The translations under genes and the position numbers were made by a program. The notes under the pieces were generated by a model that was not told where the DNA came from, did no database searches, and saw only the letters and a program-made list of their open reading frames with translations. A stretch of DNA of 42,884 nucleotides, from positions 1 to 42,884 of IMG/VR virus record IMGVR_UViG_3300045988_069332, one strand, 5' to 3'. This DNA comes from a virus. How positions within the stretch are numbered: the first letter of the stretch is position 1; each line of letters opens with the position of its first letter. Below are positions 1 through 6,367 of this stretch, in pieces.

Positions 1-99
1 CCCCGCGCCATGAAAGCCCGGCGCAAGTTTTCAGCAAGTTTTCAGCAAGTTTTCAGCAAGTTTTCAGCAAGTTTGTGGCAAAAAAAGAGCAAAAAAAAG
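1..99. repeat. Terminal direct repeat identical to 42786-42884 (assembly overlap of a circular molecule)
   Basis: Both ends read ccccgcgccatgaaagcccggcgcaag(ttttcagcaag)n...gagcaaaaaaaag. Confidence 0.95.
23..74. repeat. Tandem array of about 4.7 copies of the 11-bp unit gcaagttttca
   Basis: Read directly. The units are contiguous with no spacers. The array lies between a minus-strand terminator and the start of the 42744 cargo operon. Confidence 0.95.
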
Positions 100-120
100 A
101 GCCGGGGAATCAATCCCCGG
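81..120 (-). terminator. Rho-independent terminator ending the 881->110 regulator operon
   Basis: Stem ccgggga/tccccgg (102-108/114-120) followed on the minus strand by T-runs (plus-strand A-runs at 81-100). The stop codon of the 110..343 gene sits in the loop. Confidence 0.8.
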
Positions 121-343
121 TTTTGATTGGCTTCAATAAATCTTCCATGGTACAGCCCAATACATGGGCGATGCGCTGCAAAATGATAGCGGACGGTTCC
201 CTCTGGCCATGCTCCCATCGGGAGATCGCCAGCGGCTTGCATCCGACTGCTTCCGCCAGCTGGGCTTGGGTCAGCCCGGCGGCGATCCGGGCGGCGGCGA
301 TGGGACTTTGTGCGCCACGGGCGCGGGGGCTAGTTCTGGGCAT
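110..343 (-). CDS. XRE-family helix-turn-helix protein (77 aa)
   Basis: ATG at 343 with GGAGG 6 nt upstream. Motif LTQAQLAEAVGCKPLAISRWEHGQREPS is typical of an XRE HTH. Confidence 0.8.
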   Translation of the reverse strand: MPRTSPRARGAQSPIAAARIAAGLTQAQLAEAVGCKPLAISRWEHGQREPSAIILQRIAHVLGCTMEDLLKPIKTGD

Positions 344-881
344 GGGATTCCTCCTTCATTTCGATGCCGAGCACTTCTTGGAGCTTTTCCAAATTTTGGG
401 GGCTGGGCGACTGTACCTCTCGTTCCCAACAAGAGACGGTGACCGGGCTGCATCCGATTATTGCAGCCAATTTCCTTTGCGTCATTCTTTTGAAGAGTCT
501 GGCATTGTTGATCGGGTTGTCCGTATATTTACTGTGCGGAGCCTGTTCTCTTTTCGCTGGCGGCAGCCCTAATTTTTTTCGTATGCGACAATCAGCGATT
601 CTTTCTGCATTTATTGTCTTTTGGCTTGTCGCATAGCCGCCCTTCGAATAAGGCAAGTTTGTCTGTACGGTTTTTGGGGATATCCCGAGATATTCGGCGA
701 TCTCCGGCACGGTCATTCCCATCAGGCACAAGCGGGCGACTTCCCGCGTTCGCTCCGACGGATAGATGCCGTTGGAGATCAATACGCGGCGAACCGTCTG
801 CTGCGACAATTTTAATTTTCGGGCAGTCTCTTTCATGCTTTTGGTGGCTTCATACTTGTCGAGGATGTCTTTTTGCGTCAT
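330..881 (-). CDS. Multi-HTH DNA-binding protein (183 aa)
   Basis: Three HTH-like segments: KLKLSQQTVRRVL, MTVPEIAEYLGISPKTVQTNL (sigma-r4/LuxR-like), and a C-terminal XRE HTH MTQRKLAAIIGCSPVTVSCWE. Confidence 0.7.
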   Translation of the reverse strand: MTQKDILDKYEATKSMKETARKLKLSQQTVRRVLISNGIYPSERTREVARLCLMGMTVPEIAEYLGISPKTVQTNLPYSKGGYATSQKTINAERIADCRIRKKLGLPPAKREQAPHSKYTDNPINNARLFKRMTQRKLAAIIGCSPVTVSCWEREVQSPSPQNLEKLQEVLGIEMKEESHAQN

Positions 882-957
882 GGATTTTCCCCCTTGACTT
901 TGCTTGGACGATATGTTATAAAGAATTTGTCTCTCACAGAGAGCGGATCAAAATAGC

Positions 958-967
958 AACTTGCTGA
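958..967. promoter_or_regulatory. Single inverted copy (aacttgctga) of the 11-bp tandem-repeat motif, upstream of the 881 gene
   Basis: 10/10 match to the reverse complement of the 23-74 repeat unit junction. Lies in the 882-975 leader/promoter region. Confidence 0.4.
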
Positions 968-981
968 TATGTTCAGCGAGA

Positions 982-1001
982 AAGAGCGCGCAAGCGCTCT
1001 T
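982..1001 (-). terminator. Hairpin/terminator after the 1004..1585 gene
   Basis: Stem aagagcgc/gcgctctt with loop gcaa. The plus-side T-run is stronger than the minus-side one, so it may be bidirectional. Confidence 0.45.
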
Positions 1002-1003
1002 TT

Positions 1004-1585
1004 TTATTCGCCCAACAGCTGGTCGATTTCCGCGAGGCGGGCCAGCAGCGCTTGTTTTTCTGCGATCAGCTTTTCACGGTCGATTTTTACGCCGCCCTTG
1101 ATATGGGCTTTGTACGCCGCGTCAGTATTGGCGATCACATTTTCCGCGACGGCCTTTGGGACGCGGTAAACCTCGCAAACGCTTCCTTCCGGGATGCATG
1201 TGCTCCAATTTTTCGTGCTTCCGCAGCTTTCGGGGGCTCCAGCGATAAAGGCCACATCATCCCCGACTCTGGCTCCGCTGTCACGACCGAAAGCAACGGC
1301 GATGGTTTTTCCCGCGATTGTAATCGGGCCTTGGGCCTTGACCATCTCGGCGCGGAACTCAAGGACAAGAGTCACGGTTTCGGCGGCTGGGGTCTCATCC
1401 GTCTCTCCATAAACTTCCATCATGGCTTTCCGGGCCGCTTCCAGCGCATCGGCCTTGATCGTCCAGCGGCGGGAACTAGCATCCCATTTCCCTCCGATCA
1501 ATTTAATGCGGCTGACAAAATCAGCATTGTAGGGGCTGGCAATGTAGATTTTTTCGCCTTTGGTTTCAATTCTGATCGCGCTCAT
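1004..1585 (-). CDS. Hypothetical protein (193 aa), stand-alone moron unit
   Basis: ATG at 1585 with GAAGGAG RBS. Has its own consensus promoter and flanking terminators. No family recognised. Confidence 0.7.
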   Translation of the reverse strand: MSAIRIETKGEKIYIASPYNADFVSRIKLIGGKWDASSRRWTIKADALEAARKAMMEVYGETDETPAAETVTLVLEFRAEMVKAQGPITIAGKTIAVAFGRDSGARVGDDVAFIAGAPESCGSTKNWSTCIPEGSVCEVYRVPKAVAENVIANTDAAYKAHIKGGVKIDREKLIAEKQALLARLAEIDQLLGE

Positions 1586-1646
1586 GATTTTATCTCCTTC
1601 GCCCGGCGGTTTATCCCGCCCGCGGCTCCTTCTTGATTACGATATT

Positions 1647-1675
1647 ATTATATATCTTTTTGGATAAATAGTCAA
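1647..1675 (-). promoter_or_regulatory. Consensus sigma-A promoter (TTGACT-17-TATAAT)
   Basis: Minus strand: TTGACT at 1675-1670, 17-nt spacer, TATAAT at 1652-1647. About 55 nt upstream of the ATG at 1585. Confidence 0.75.
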
Positions 1676-1696
1676 TAAGAATATATAATTTTCTGT

Positions 1697-1727
1697 AAAA
1701 AAATTTCCGGGAGTTCAACTCCCGGAA
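1697..1727 (-). terminator. Rho-independent terminator after the 1784..2290 gene
   Basis: 9-bp stem ttccgggag/ctcccggaa followed on the minus strand by a T7 run. Confidence 0.85.
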
Positions 1728-1783
1728 TGCTGTCCCAGACCCTTTCCAGCACCAGCAGCCGCCCGAAGCGCTGGCCGACCAGA

Positions 1784-2290
1784 TCAATCGCCCGCCCCAT
1801 TGATCAATTCCTCCACGGAGATTTCAAGGGCTTTCGCCAACGCCACCGTGGTTTCCGTCCGAGCATGGAGCAGAATGTTCGAGCCATTTTCCAGCTTTTG
1901 GAGCGTCACCAGCGCAACGCCAGCCTTTTTGGCAAGCTCCTTCTGGGTCATGCCTTTCTCCCGGCGGATTGAGCCGAGCCGGTTCGCAAGGTAGGCATTC
2001 GCATCATTTTTGGCGCTGTGCCCGGTATTCAGCGCCCGAAGCGCGGAAGATTCAGACCGGCGGCGCTCGCCCGGCGTAGCAACGTCAAAAGCAGCGGACT
2101 GGATATTATACAGGTCAAGCATCGTCTTGACCTCCCGCCCCAGCAATTCCGCGCATTCGGCCTTGGCGGCCTTATTCCCGGCCATGGCCGATGTGGCAAG
2201 CTCGATCCACCGCGTCGACGCTCCGATGCCCTGTGCTTCGATCTTCGCCTTGAGTTCATTCCGCTCCTTGTAAACAAGCTCCATTTCCAT
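1784..2290 (-). CDS. Protein with C-terminal XRE HTH (168 aa)
   Basis: ATG at 2290 with GGAGG 7 nt upstream. C-terminal motif MTQKELAKKAGVALVTLQKLENG. Confidence 0.75.
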   Translation of the reverse strand: MEMELVYKERNELKAKIEAQGIGASTRWIELATSAMAGNKAAKAECAELLGREVKTMLDLYNIQSAAFDVATPGERRRSESSALRALNTGHSAKNDANAYLANRLGSIRREKGMTQKELAKKAGVALVTLQKLENGSNILLHARTETTVALAKALEISVEELINGAGD

Positions 2291-2297
2291 ATTGGTT

Positions 2298-2329
2298 CCT
2301 CCTTCTGCCGGGCTTTGGCCCGCCCGGCG
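2298..2329. repeat. 32-bp exact repeat (copy 1): structured leader plus SD
   Basis: cctccttctgccgggctttggcccgcccggcg is identical to 2579-2610. On the minus strand it forms a GC hairpin directly 5' of AGAAGGAGG. Confidence 0.9.
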
Positions 2330-2338
2330 GTGGCCGGG

Positions 2339-2572
2339 TTAGCGAGTTCCAAGATATTGGATTTGGATGTTGCCCTCTGCGTCGGCGATAAGCAGATAGT
2401 CGCACTTATCGTCATGGGCGAGTTGCTGCCAGTATCCATCGTCATAATACGGGCCGCCGTCAAGGACAAGCTCTCCATACACATCCTCCATATCGGCATT
2501 GTCAAAAAACCAATCATCAATCATCATTGTAACGTCGTCGGCGGTGTAGAGCGCCTTGTTGTAACTGTTCAT
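2339..2572 (-). CDS. Small, strongly acidic protein (77 aa)
   Basis: ATG at 2572 with GGAGGG RBS. Asp/Glu-rich sequence: DDVTMMIDDWFFDNADMEDVYGELVLDGGPYYDDGYW. Confidence 0.65.
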   Translation of the reverse strand: MNSYNKALYTADDVTMMIDDWFFDNADMEDVYGELVLDGGPYYDDGYWQQLAHDDKCDYLLIADAEGNIQIQYLGTR

Positions 2573-2578
2573 TTTTAC

Positions 2579-2610
2579 CCTCCTTCTGCCGGGCTTTGGC
2601 CCGCCCGGCG
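2579..2610. repeat. 32-bp exact repeat (copy 2): structured leader plus SD
   Basis: Identical to 2298-2329. Precedes the 2572 start. Confidence 0.9.
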
Positions 2611-2622
2611 TGGGCTTTATTC

Positions 2623-2814
2623 TTATGCCTTTACGATCTGACCATCGGCATTGATATCCGCTACTTTGTAGCCATTGATAACACCGGCCATAAAGCTTTC
2701 CTGACTGGTGGCATAGATTTCCATCGTCGCATAGTTCAGCCAATAGGCCTTTCCGCGGTACATGATGGCATAACCCTTCATCAGATAATCCTTTTTGCTG
2801 TTCAGGTACTTCAT
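2623..2814 (-). CDS. Small hypothetical protein (63 aa)
   Basis: ATG at 2814 (MKYLNSK) with GGAGG 8 nt upstream. The track ORF begins 6 codons earlier. Confidence 0.6.
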   Translation of the reverse strand: MKYLNSKKDYLMKGYAIMYRGKAYWLNYATMEIYATSQESFMAGVINGYKVADINADGQIVKA

Positions 2815-2872
2815 TTTTATTTCCTCCATCATTTGGTTTTTCTTTTTATTTTATGCTCCTTAGCACAGATAT

Positions 2873-2901
2873 ATAATACCACAATACTAGTAGTACGTCA
2901 A
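2873..2901 (-). promoter_or_regulatory. Sigma-A promoter with extended -10 (TTGACG-17-TGgTATTAT)
   Basis: Minus strand: TTGACG at 2901-2896 and TATTAT at 2878-2873. Lies directly after the lysis-cassette terminator. Confidence 0.7.
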
Positions 2902-2931
2902 TACTATTTTACGATTTTCTTCAAAATTTTC

Positions 2932-2962
2932 AAAAAAATAAAGCCGCCCACGAAGGGCGGCC
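2932..2962 (-). terminator. Rho-independent terminator closing the late/lysis operon
   Basis: Stem gccgccc/gggcggc followed on the minus strand by TTTATTTTTTT. Confidence 0.85.
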
Positions 2963-2970
2963 TGTTGAAT

Positions 2971-3165
2971 TTACAGATGGCTTTCTACTGTTCCCCGCCA
3001 CCTGTTCACAATGTTCTGCACGGTTCTAGGGTTGATTCCGAGCTCGTCGGCGATCTGCTCATAGCAGATGCCGTCGAGGTATTTACGTTTCAGCGCCCTG
3101 CGGTCGCGCTCACTGCGCACCCACAGTTCAATGACCCTCTCGTAATCCTGCCGCCCGTGCTCCAT
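2971..3165 (-). CDS. Small sigma-70 region-4-like HTH protein (64 aa)
   Basis: ALKRKYLDGICYEQIADELGINPRTVQNIV resembles sigma region 4. Begins 3 nt after the holin stop. Confidence 0.6.
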   Translation of the reverse strand: MEHGRQDYERVIELWVRSERDRRALKRKYLDGICYEQIADELGINPRTVQNIVNRWRGTVESHL

Positions 3166-3168
3166 GGG

Positions 3169-3447
3169 TTAGCCCTCGGACTTGGTGCAGTTGGCCGGAG
3201 GGTCTGTGTAGCCCATGGCGCGCTGGCTGTCGCTTACGCCCTCGGTGGTGGGGTCTACCACCACGCCGAGGATGACCAGCACCCCGAAGACCGCGTTCAC
3301 CACGGCCAGCAGCTTGTCGCCCATGTCCCCAAGGTCAATGGCAAATCCCAGCAGCGCGGCAACGGTCTGGATGACCAGCAGCAGCGCCGGGATCAAGGCC
3401 AGCCAAAAGGCCTTGTTTTTCAATCGTACCGTCCAGTTGATCTTCAT
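3169..3447 (-). CDS. Holin, phi-LC3/LL-H-like family (92 aa)
   Basis: N-terminus MKINWTVRLKNKAFWLALIPALLLVIQ is typical of this holin family. Has TM segments and lies in the lysis cassette. Confidence 0.8.
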   Translation of the reverse strand: MKINWTVRLKNKAFWLALIPALLLVIQTVAALLGFAIDLGDMGDKLLAVVNAVFGVLVILGVVVDPTTEGVSDSQRAMGYTDPPANCTKSEG

Positions 3448-3746
3448 TTTTTCTGCTCCTCGCTTTCCAACTTGTTCAGCCTTGTTTCGTGCGCGTCGAT
3501 CCTGTGGTGGGCGGATTTCGCGCTTTCTTCCACCTTCCCCACCCGGACGGAGAGGTTGACGATATCGTTCCGCATGGCCCGCTGCTCCACGCGGATGTCG
3601 TCCACTCCGTTAGCGATACCCCTGAGGGTGCTCTTGACCTCGCCCTGCTCGGACGCTCCGCCCCTCGTGTCCCGGCGGCCTGTGAGGATCAGCATCAGCA
3701 GGGCGACGATCATGGCCGCAAAGGAGATGATTTCGCTGGTAGTCAT
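3444..3746 (-). CDS. Membrane-anchored coiled-coil protein of the lysis cassette (100 aa)
   Basis: ATG at 3746 (MTTSEI) with GGGGGTGA RBS. N-terminal TM IISFAAMIVALLMLIL followed by a heptad-like region. ATGA-coupled to the holin gene. Confidence 0.6.
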   Translation of the reverse strand: MTTSEIISFAAMIVALLMLILTGRRDTRGGASEQGEVKSTLRGIANGVDDIRVEQRAMRNDIVNLSVRVGKVEESAKSAHHRIDAHETRLNKLESEEQKK

Positions 3747-3788
3747 TTCGTTTTCACCCCCTTTCCGGCAATAAATTCCACATTTTTT

Positions 3789-3841
3789 TGATTTAACGGC
3801 ACAAAGTTTCGCATTTTCGTGATTTAATGGCACAAAGTTTC
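3789..3841. repeat. Two 22-bp direct repeats (tgatttaa[c/t]ggcacaaagtttc), 31-bp period
   Basis: Copies at 3789-3810 and 3820-3841 with one mismatch. They lie between the endolysin stop and the next lysis gene. Confidence 0.9.
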
Positions 3842-4553
3842 ATTCTTGTACCAAAAATCGCGACATCATCCAGCCGGTGCGGCGGATTCCGTCGGTGCAT
3901 AGCGCCGTGATCTGTGACCATTCTTCGCCCGGCTGGCGGATGGTGGCAGGCGTGTCGCTCCGCACGTGCCAGTACAGGTTCTCTCCCTGACTGGGCTTAT
4001 TCCGCAGCTTCACCGGCAGCCCGTTCTCGGCGTACACGGTGGCCTCCGTCATGGGTTCGATTGGTTTCACCGGCTCGGGAGAGTTCTCCGCCTCCCACGG
4101 GCTGGCCCAGTGCGTCCACGGGTAGTCCCTGACCGGCTGATGCACCACGCCGTAGGCCGTGCCCCGGGCATGGACGCACGTCCCGTCCCCCAGTGCGAGG
4201 CCGGTGTGCTGCATGATGGAGCCTTTCTGCCGGTACAGATACACCACCTCGCCCTCCGGCAGGCTGTCGATGGTGCCCTTGCGCTTCCACGGGGCCTTGC
4301 GCCATTGGCTGGTGGCCCCGCTGGGCAATTCTACCCCCGCCGCCTTGGCGGCAAAGCGGGTCAGCTGGGCGCAGTCCCACACGGGCCGCCCGTCCCACTT
4401 GGCCCCGGTGACGAGGATATTCTGGGCTTGATCGGGGTATTGGGCTGCCTGCTGCCGCCGGAAGGCCGCTGTGCACGTCTGGCCCTTGGCCCCGTAGATA
4501 TACCCCTGTCCGATCTTCGACTGGGCGAAGACAGCGGCTCTCTCGCCGGTCAT
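3840..4553 (-). CDS. Endolysin: NlpC/P60-type cysteine peptidase plus C-terminal SH3b-like wall-binding domain (237 aa)
   Basis: Catalytic-type motifs VWDCAQL and IMQHTGLALGDGTCVHA. C-terminal LPVKLRNKPS...GWMMSRFL is SH3b-like. Confidence 0.8.
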   Translation of the reverse strand: MTGERAAVFAQSKIGQGYIYGAKGQTCTAAFRRQQAAQYPDQAQNILVTGAKWDGRPVWDCAQLTRFAAKAAGVELPSGATSQWRKAPWKRKGTIDSLPEGEVVYLYRQKGSIMQHTGLALGDGTCVHARGTAYGVVHQPVRDYPWTHWASPWEAENSPEPVKPIEPMTEATVYAENGLPVKLRNKPSQGENLYWHVRSDTPATIRQPGEEWSQITALCTDGIRRTGWMMSRFLVQE

Positions 4554-4639
4554 AGCTCGCTCCTTCCAGCCGCCAGCAGCGCGGCCACCGCAAAGCCGAC
4601 GATCCCGCCGACCACAAAGCCGATGGCAAAGCCGATCAT
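4550..4639 (-). CDS. 29-aa glycine-zipper transmembrane peptide (not in the ORF track)
   Basis: MIGFAIGFVVGGIVGFAVAALLAAGRSEL. ATGA overlaps at both ends (with 4636..5052 and with the endolysin gene). AGGAAG lies upstream. Confidence 0.55.
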   Translation of the reverse strand: MIGFAIGFVVGGIVGFAVAALLAAGRSEL

Positions 4640-5052
4640 GCCGCCACTTCCTTCCACAGGCTTTCCGTTCCGACCGCGCCCGGCTCCCAAACGTTATTGT
4701 CTACAAGGCTTTCCCACGTCTTGCCGTTGTGCGTCACCTTATCGCCCTTAGCATAGGGGTTGGTGCTGTCCGGCTGTACCCATGGCAGAATCTCCCCGCT
4801 GGGGTCGGTCAGCACCTTAGCCCATAGGCTGTGCGCGTCAGTAGGTGTCCATGCCGCCTGGGCTGTGTGGGCCGTCAGGCAGCGGTAGAGTTCGCCGCCG
4901 TATCGTACCCGGTCTCCTACAGCGTAGGTGGATTCCGCATTCCACGGCTTGAACAGCTCCTGCACCGTGGCCGCCTGTTCGTCCGTCAGCATGGCCCCGG
5001 CCTTGTCCATGATCCCCCGCAGTACCAGCGCCGCGTCGTAGTATTTGCCCAT
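4636..5052 (-). CDS. Protein with two CBM5/12-type carbohydrate-binding repeats (138 aa)
   Basis: YAVGDRVRYGGELYRCLTAHTAQAAWTPTDAHSLW and YAKGDKVTHNGKTWESLVDNNVWEPG..SLW match the Y.GD.V.Y.G..Y....H....W.P....LW pattern. GGGAGG RBS. Confidence 0.75.
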   Translation of the reverse strand: MGKYYDAALVLRGIMDKAGAMLTDEQAATVQELFKPWNAESTYAVGDRVRYGGELYRCLTAHTAQAAWTPTDAHSLWAKVLTDPSGEILPWVQPDSTNPYAKGDKVTHNGKTWESLVDNNVWEPGAVGTESLWKEVAA

Positions 5053-5054
5053 GG

Positions 5055-5306
5055 TCAGTCCTCCCTTACGGCGTAGTTCTCCCACTTCTTGTATACGTCC
5101 ACGTAGGTCTCGTTTTTGTCTCCGTTGTGGGTGATTTCATAGTACATCCCGTCGCTGACGTTGGTACTCAGCAGAGCTTTCCAGTTTTGCAATGTCTTGC
5201 AAAACCACACTACATACACATCTTCAAGGCCGATTTGCTTTCCGTCCGTTTTGTCCATGTGAGAGTTAAAGTAGTCCACCACGATCTGTTTTGCACGTTC
5301 CTGCAT
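5055..5306 (-). CDS. Conserved small phage protein (83 aa), function unknown
   Basis: VYVVWFCKTLQNWKALLSTNVSDGMYYEITHNGDKNE resembles small proteins common between fibre and lysis genes of Firmicutes phages. Confidence 0.6.
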   Translation of the reverse strand: MQERAKQIVVDYFNSHMDKTDGKQIGLEDVYVVWFCKTLQNWKALLSTNVSDGMYYEITHNGDKNETYVDVYKKWENYAVRED

Positions 5307-5572
5307 TATTCTGCTTCCTCCGTTTCGCTGTTGACTCCCAGCAGCTCAAGCGCCGCCTGCATGTCCTCCGCGTCCTTCTGGGCCTGTTCAAGGGCTGTCA
5401 GTACGCGTTCCCCGCCCCGGTAGAAGTCCTGCCCGTCGTAGGTATCGCCGATCGCTACCGGCAAATCCCCGCAGGGAACCGCGTCCGGGAAGTCCGATGC
5501 ATTGGCGGGATATAACCAAATGATGTTCGTTACCGTTCCATTTTCCACAACGGCATAATTCATTTCGTTCAT
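5306..5572 (-). CDS. Hypothetical protein (88 aa), fibre-associated position
   Basis: ATG at 5572 with AAGGAG 8 nt upstream. N-terminus is MNYAVVENGTVTNIIW. Confidence 0.6.
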   Translation of the reverse strand: MNEMNYAVVENGTVTNIIWLYPANASDFPDAVPCGDLPVAIGDTYDGQDFYRGGERVLTALEQAQKDAEDMQAALELLGVNSETEEAE

Positions 5573-5584
5573 GCTTTTCGCTCC

Positions 5585-6367
5585 TTATCTGTGATTGCGA
5601 ATCACGACAATGCCGCTGCCGCCCTTGCCGACGTTCGTCAGGCCGTAGTACATACCGCCGCCACCGCCGCCGGTGTTGGCCGCGCCGCTGCTGGGCTGGT
5701 TTCCGTTCCACGCGCCGTTGCCGCCGCCCCCGCTGCCGCCCTTGGCCTGTGCGGAGCCGTTGCCGCCAGCTCCACCACCGCCCGCATACAGGGTGCCGGT
5801 GCTCTCGCCGAACTCCCGCGTGGTCGTCCCCTGTCCCTTACCGGGGGAACCCCAATGGTCGATGCCGATGTTGGCGGCGTCCTGCGGGTCGCCGTTGCCG
5901 CCGTTGGAGCCGCCGTTGTTCACCTGATTATTGCCATAAGCGCCGCCGCCGCTTCCGCCGCCCAGTTTCGTGCCGCCGCCAGCCGTCACGCCAAGGGCGC
6001 TGGTGCTTCCGCCCGACGCAAAGGCGCTTTGTCCGCCCGCGCCGATCACGATGTTGTAGGCCGTGTTCACAGCCGCCTGAACGCCCTTCTGGGTTTTGGT
6101 GTAACCACCGCTGCCCGCCTTGCCGTAGCCGTTGTTCGCGTCCCAGTTGCCGCTTCCGCCTGCGCATCCGCCTCCAACGAGGAACACGTCAAGGCCGCCC
6201 TTAGCGCTCCCTAGCTTGGTAAAGGTCAGTACGCCGCTGGTCAGAAACTTGATCCGCCAGTTTCCGTCCCCGTCGTCGATCAGGCTGTACGTACCTGTGT
6301 AGGTAAACTCCGGCAGACCCAAGGCCGTCCCAGCTGCGCCACGCCTGGTGATAAAACATTCGCCCAT
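5585..6367 (-). CDS. Glycine-rich tail fibre / receptor-binding candidate (260 aa)
   Basis: Long GGxGG tracts ending in KGGSGIVVIRNHR, typical of phage glycine-rich-domain proteins. Lies in the distal tail module. Confidence 0.65.
   Translation of the reverse strand: MGECFITRRGAAGTALGLPEFTYTGTYSLIDDGDGNWRIKFLTSGVLTFTKLGSAKGGLDVFLVGGGCAGGSGNWDANNGYGKAGSGGYTKTQKGVQAAVNTAYNIVIGAGGQSAFASGGSTSALGVTAGGGTKLGGGSGGGAYGNNQVNNGGSNGGNGDPQDAANIGIDHWGSPGKGQGTTTREFGESTGTLYAGGGGAGGNGSAQAKGGSGGGGNGAWNGNQPSSGAANTGGGGGGMYYGLTNVGKGGSGIVVIRNHR

Noticed and set aside
23-74. The 11-bp tandem array as a CRISPR array or a plasmid-type partition centromere
   Set aside because: The units are contiguous with no spacers and far too short for CRISPR. 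No ParA/ParM-type ATPase is encoded. The ParB-fold gene at 21866..22594 is the nuclease-type domain common near phage terminases, not a partition ParB.
3444-3746. Calling the lysis-cassette coiled-coil protein XhlA
   Set aside because: As I recall it, XhlA-type proteins have an N-terminal coiled coil and a C-terminal TM. Here the TM is N-terminal, so only a generic description is supported.
2596-3774. 392-aa plus-strand ORF across the holin/sigma region
   Set aside because: It is antisense to several short, RBS-supported, ATGA-coupled minus-strand genes and crosses two intergenic promoter/terminator regions. No coherent domain is visible.
5591-6214. Multiple alternative-frame ORFs inside the glycine-rich fibre gene
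   Set aside because: GGN/GCC-rich repeats keep all frames open. Only the 5585..6367 frame has a start coupled to its neighbours and a recognisable glycine-rich-domain C-terminus.
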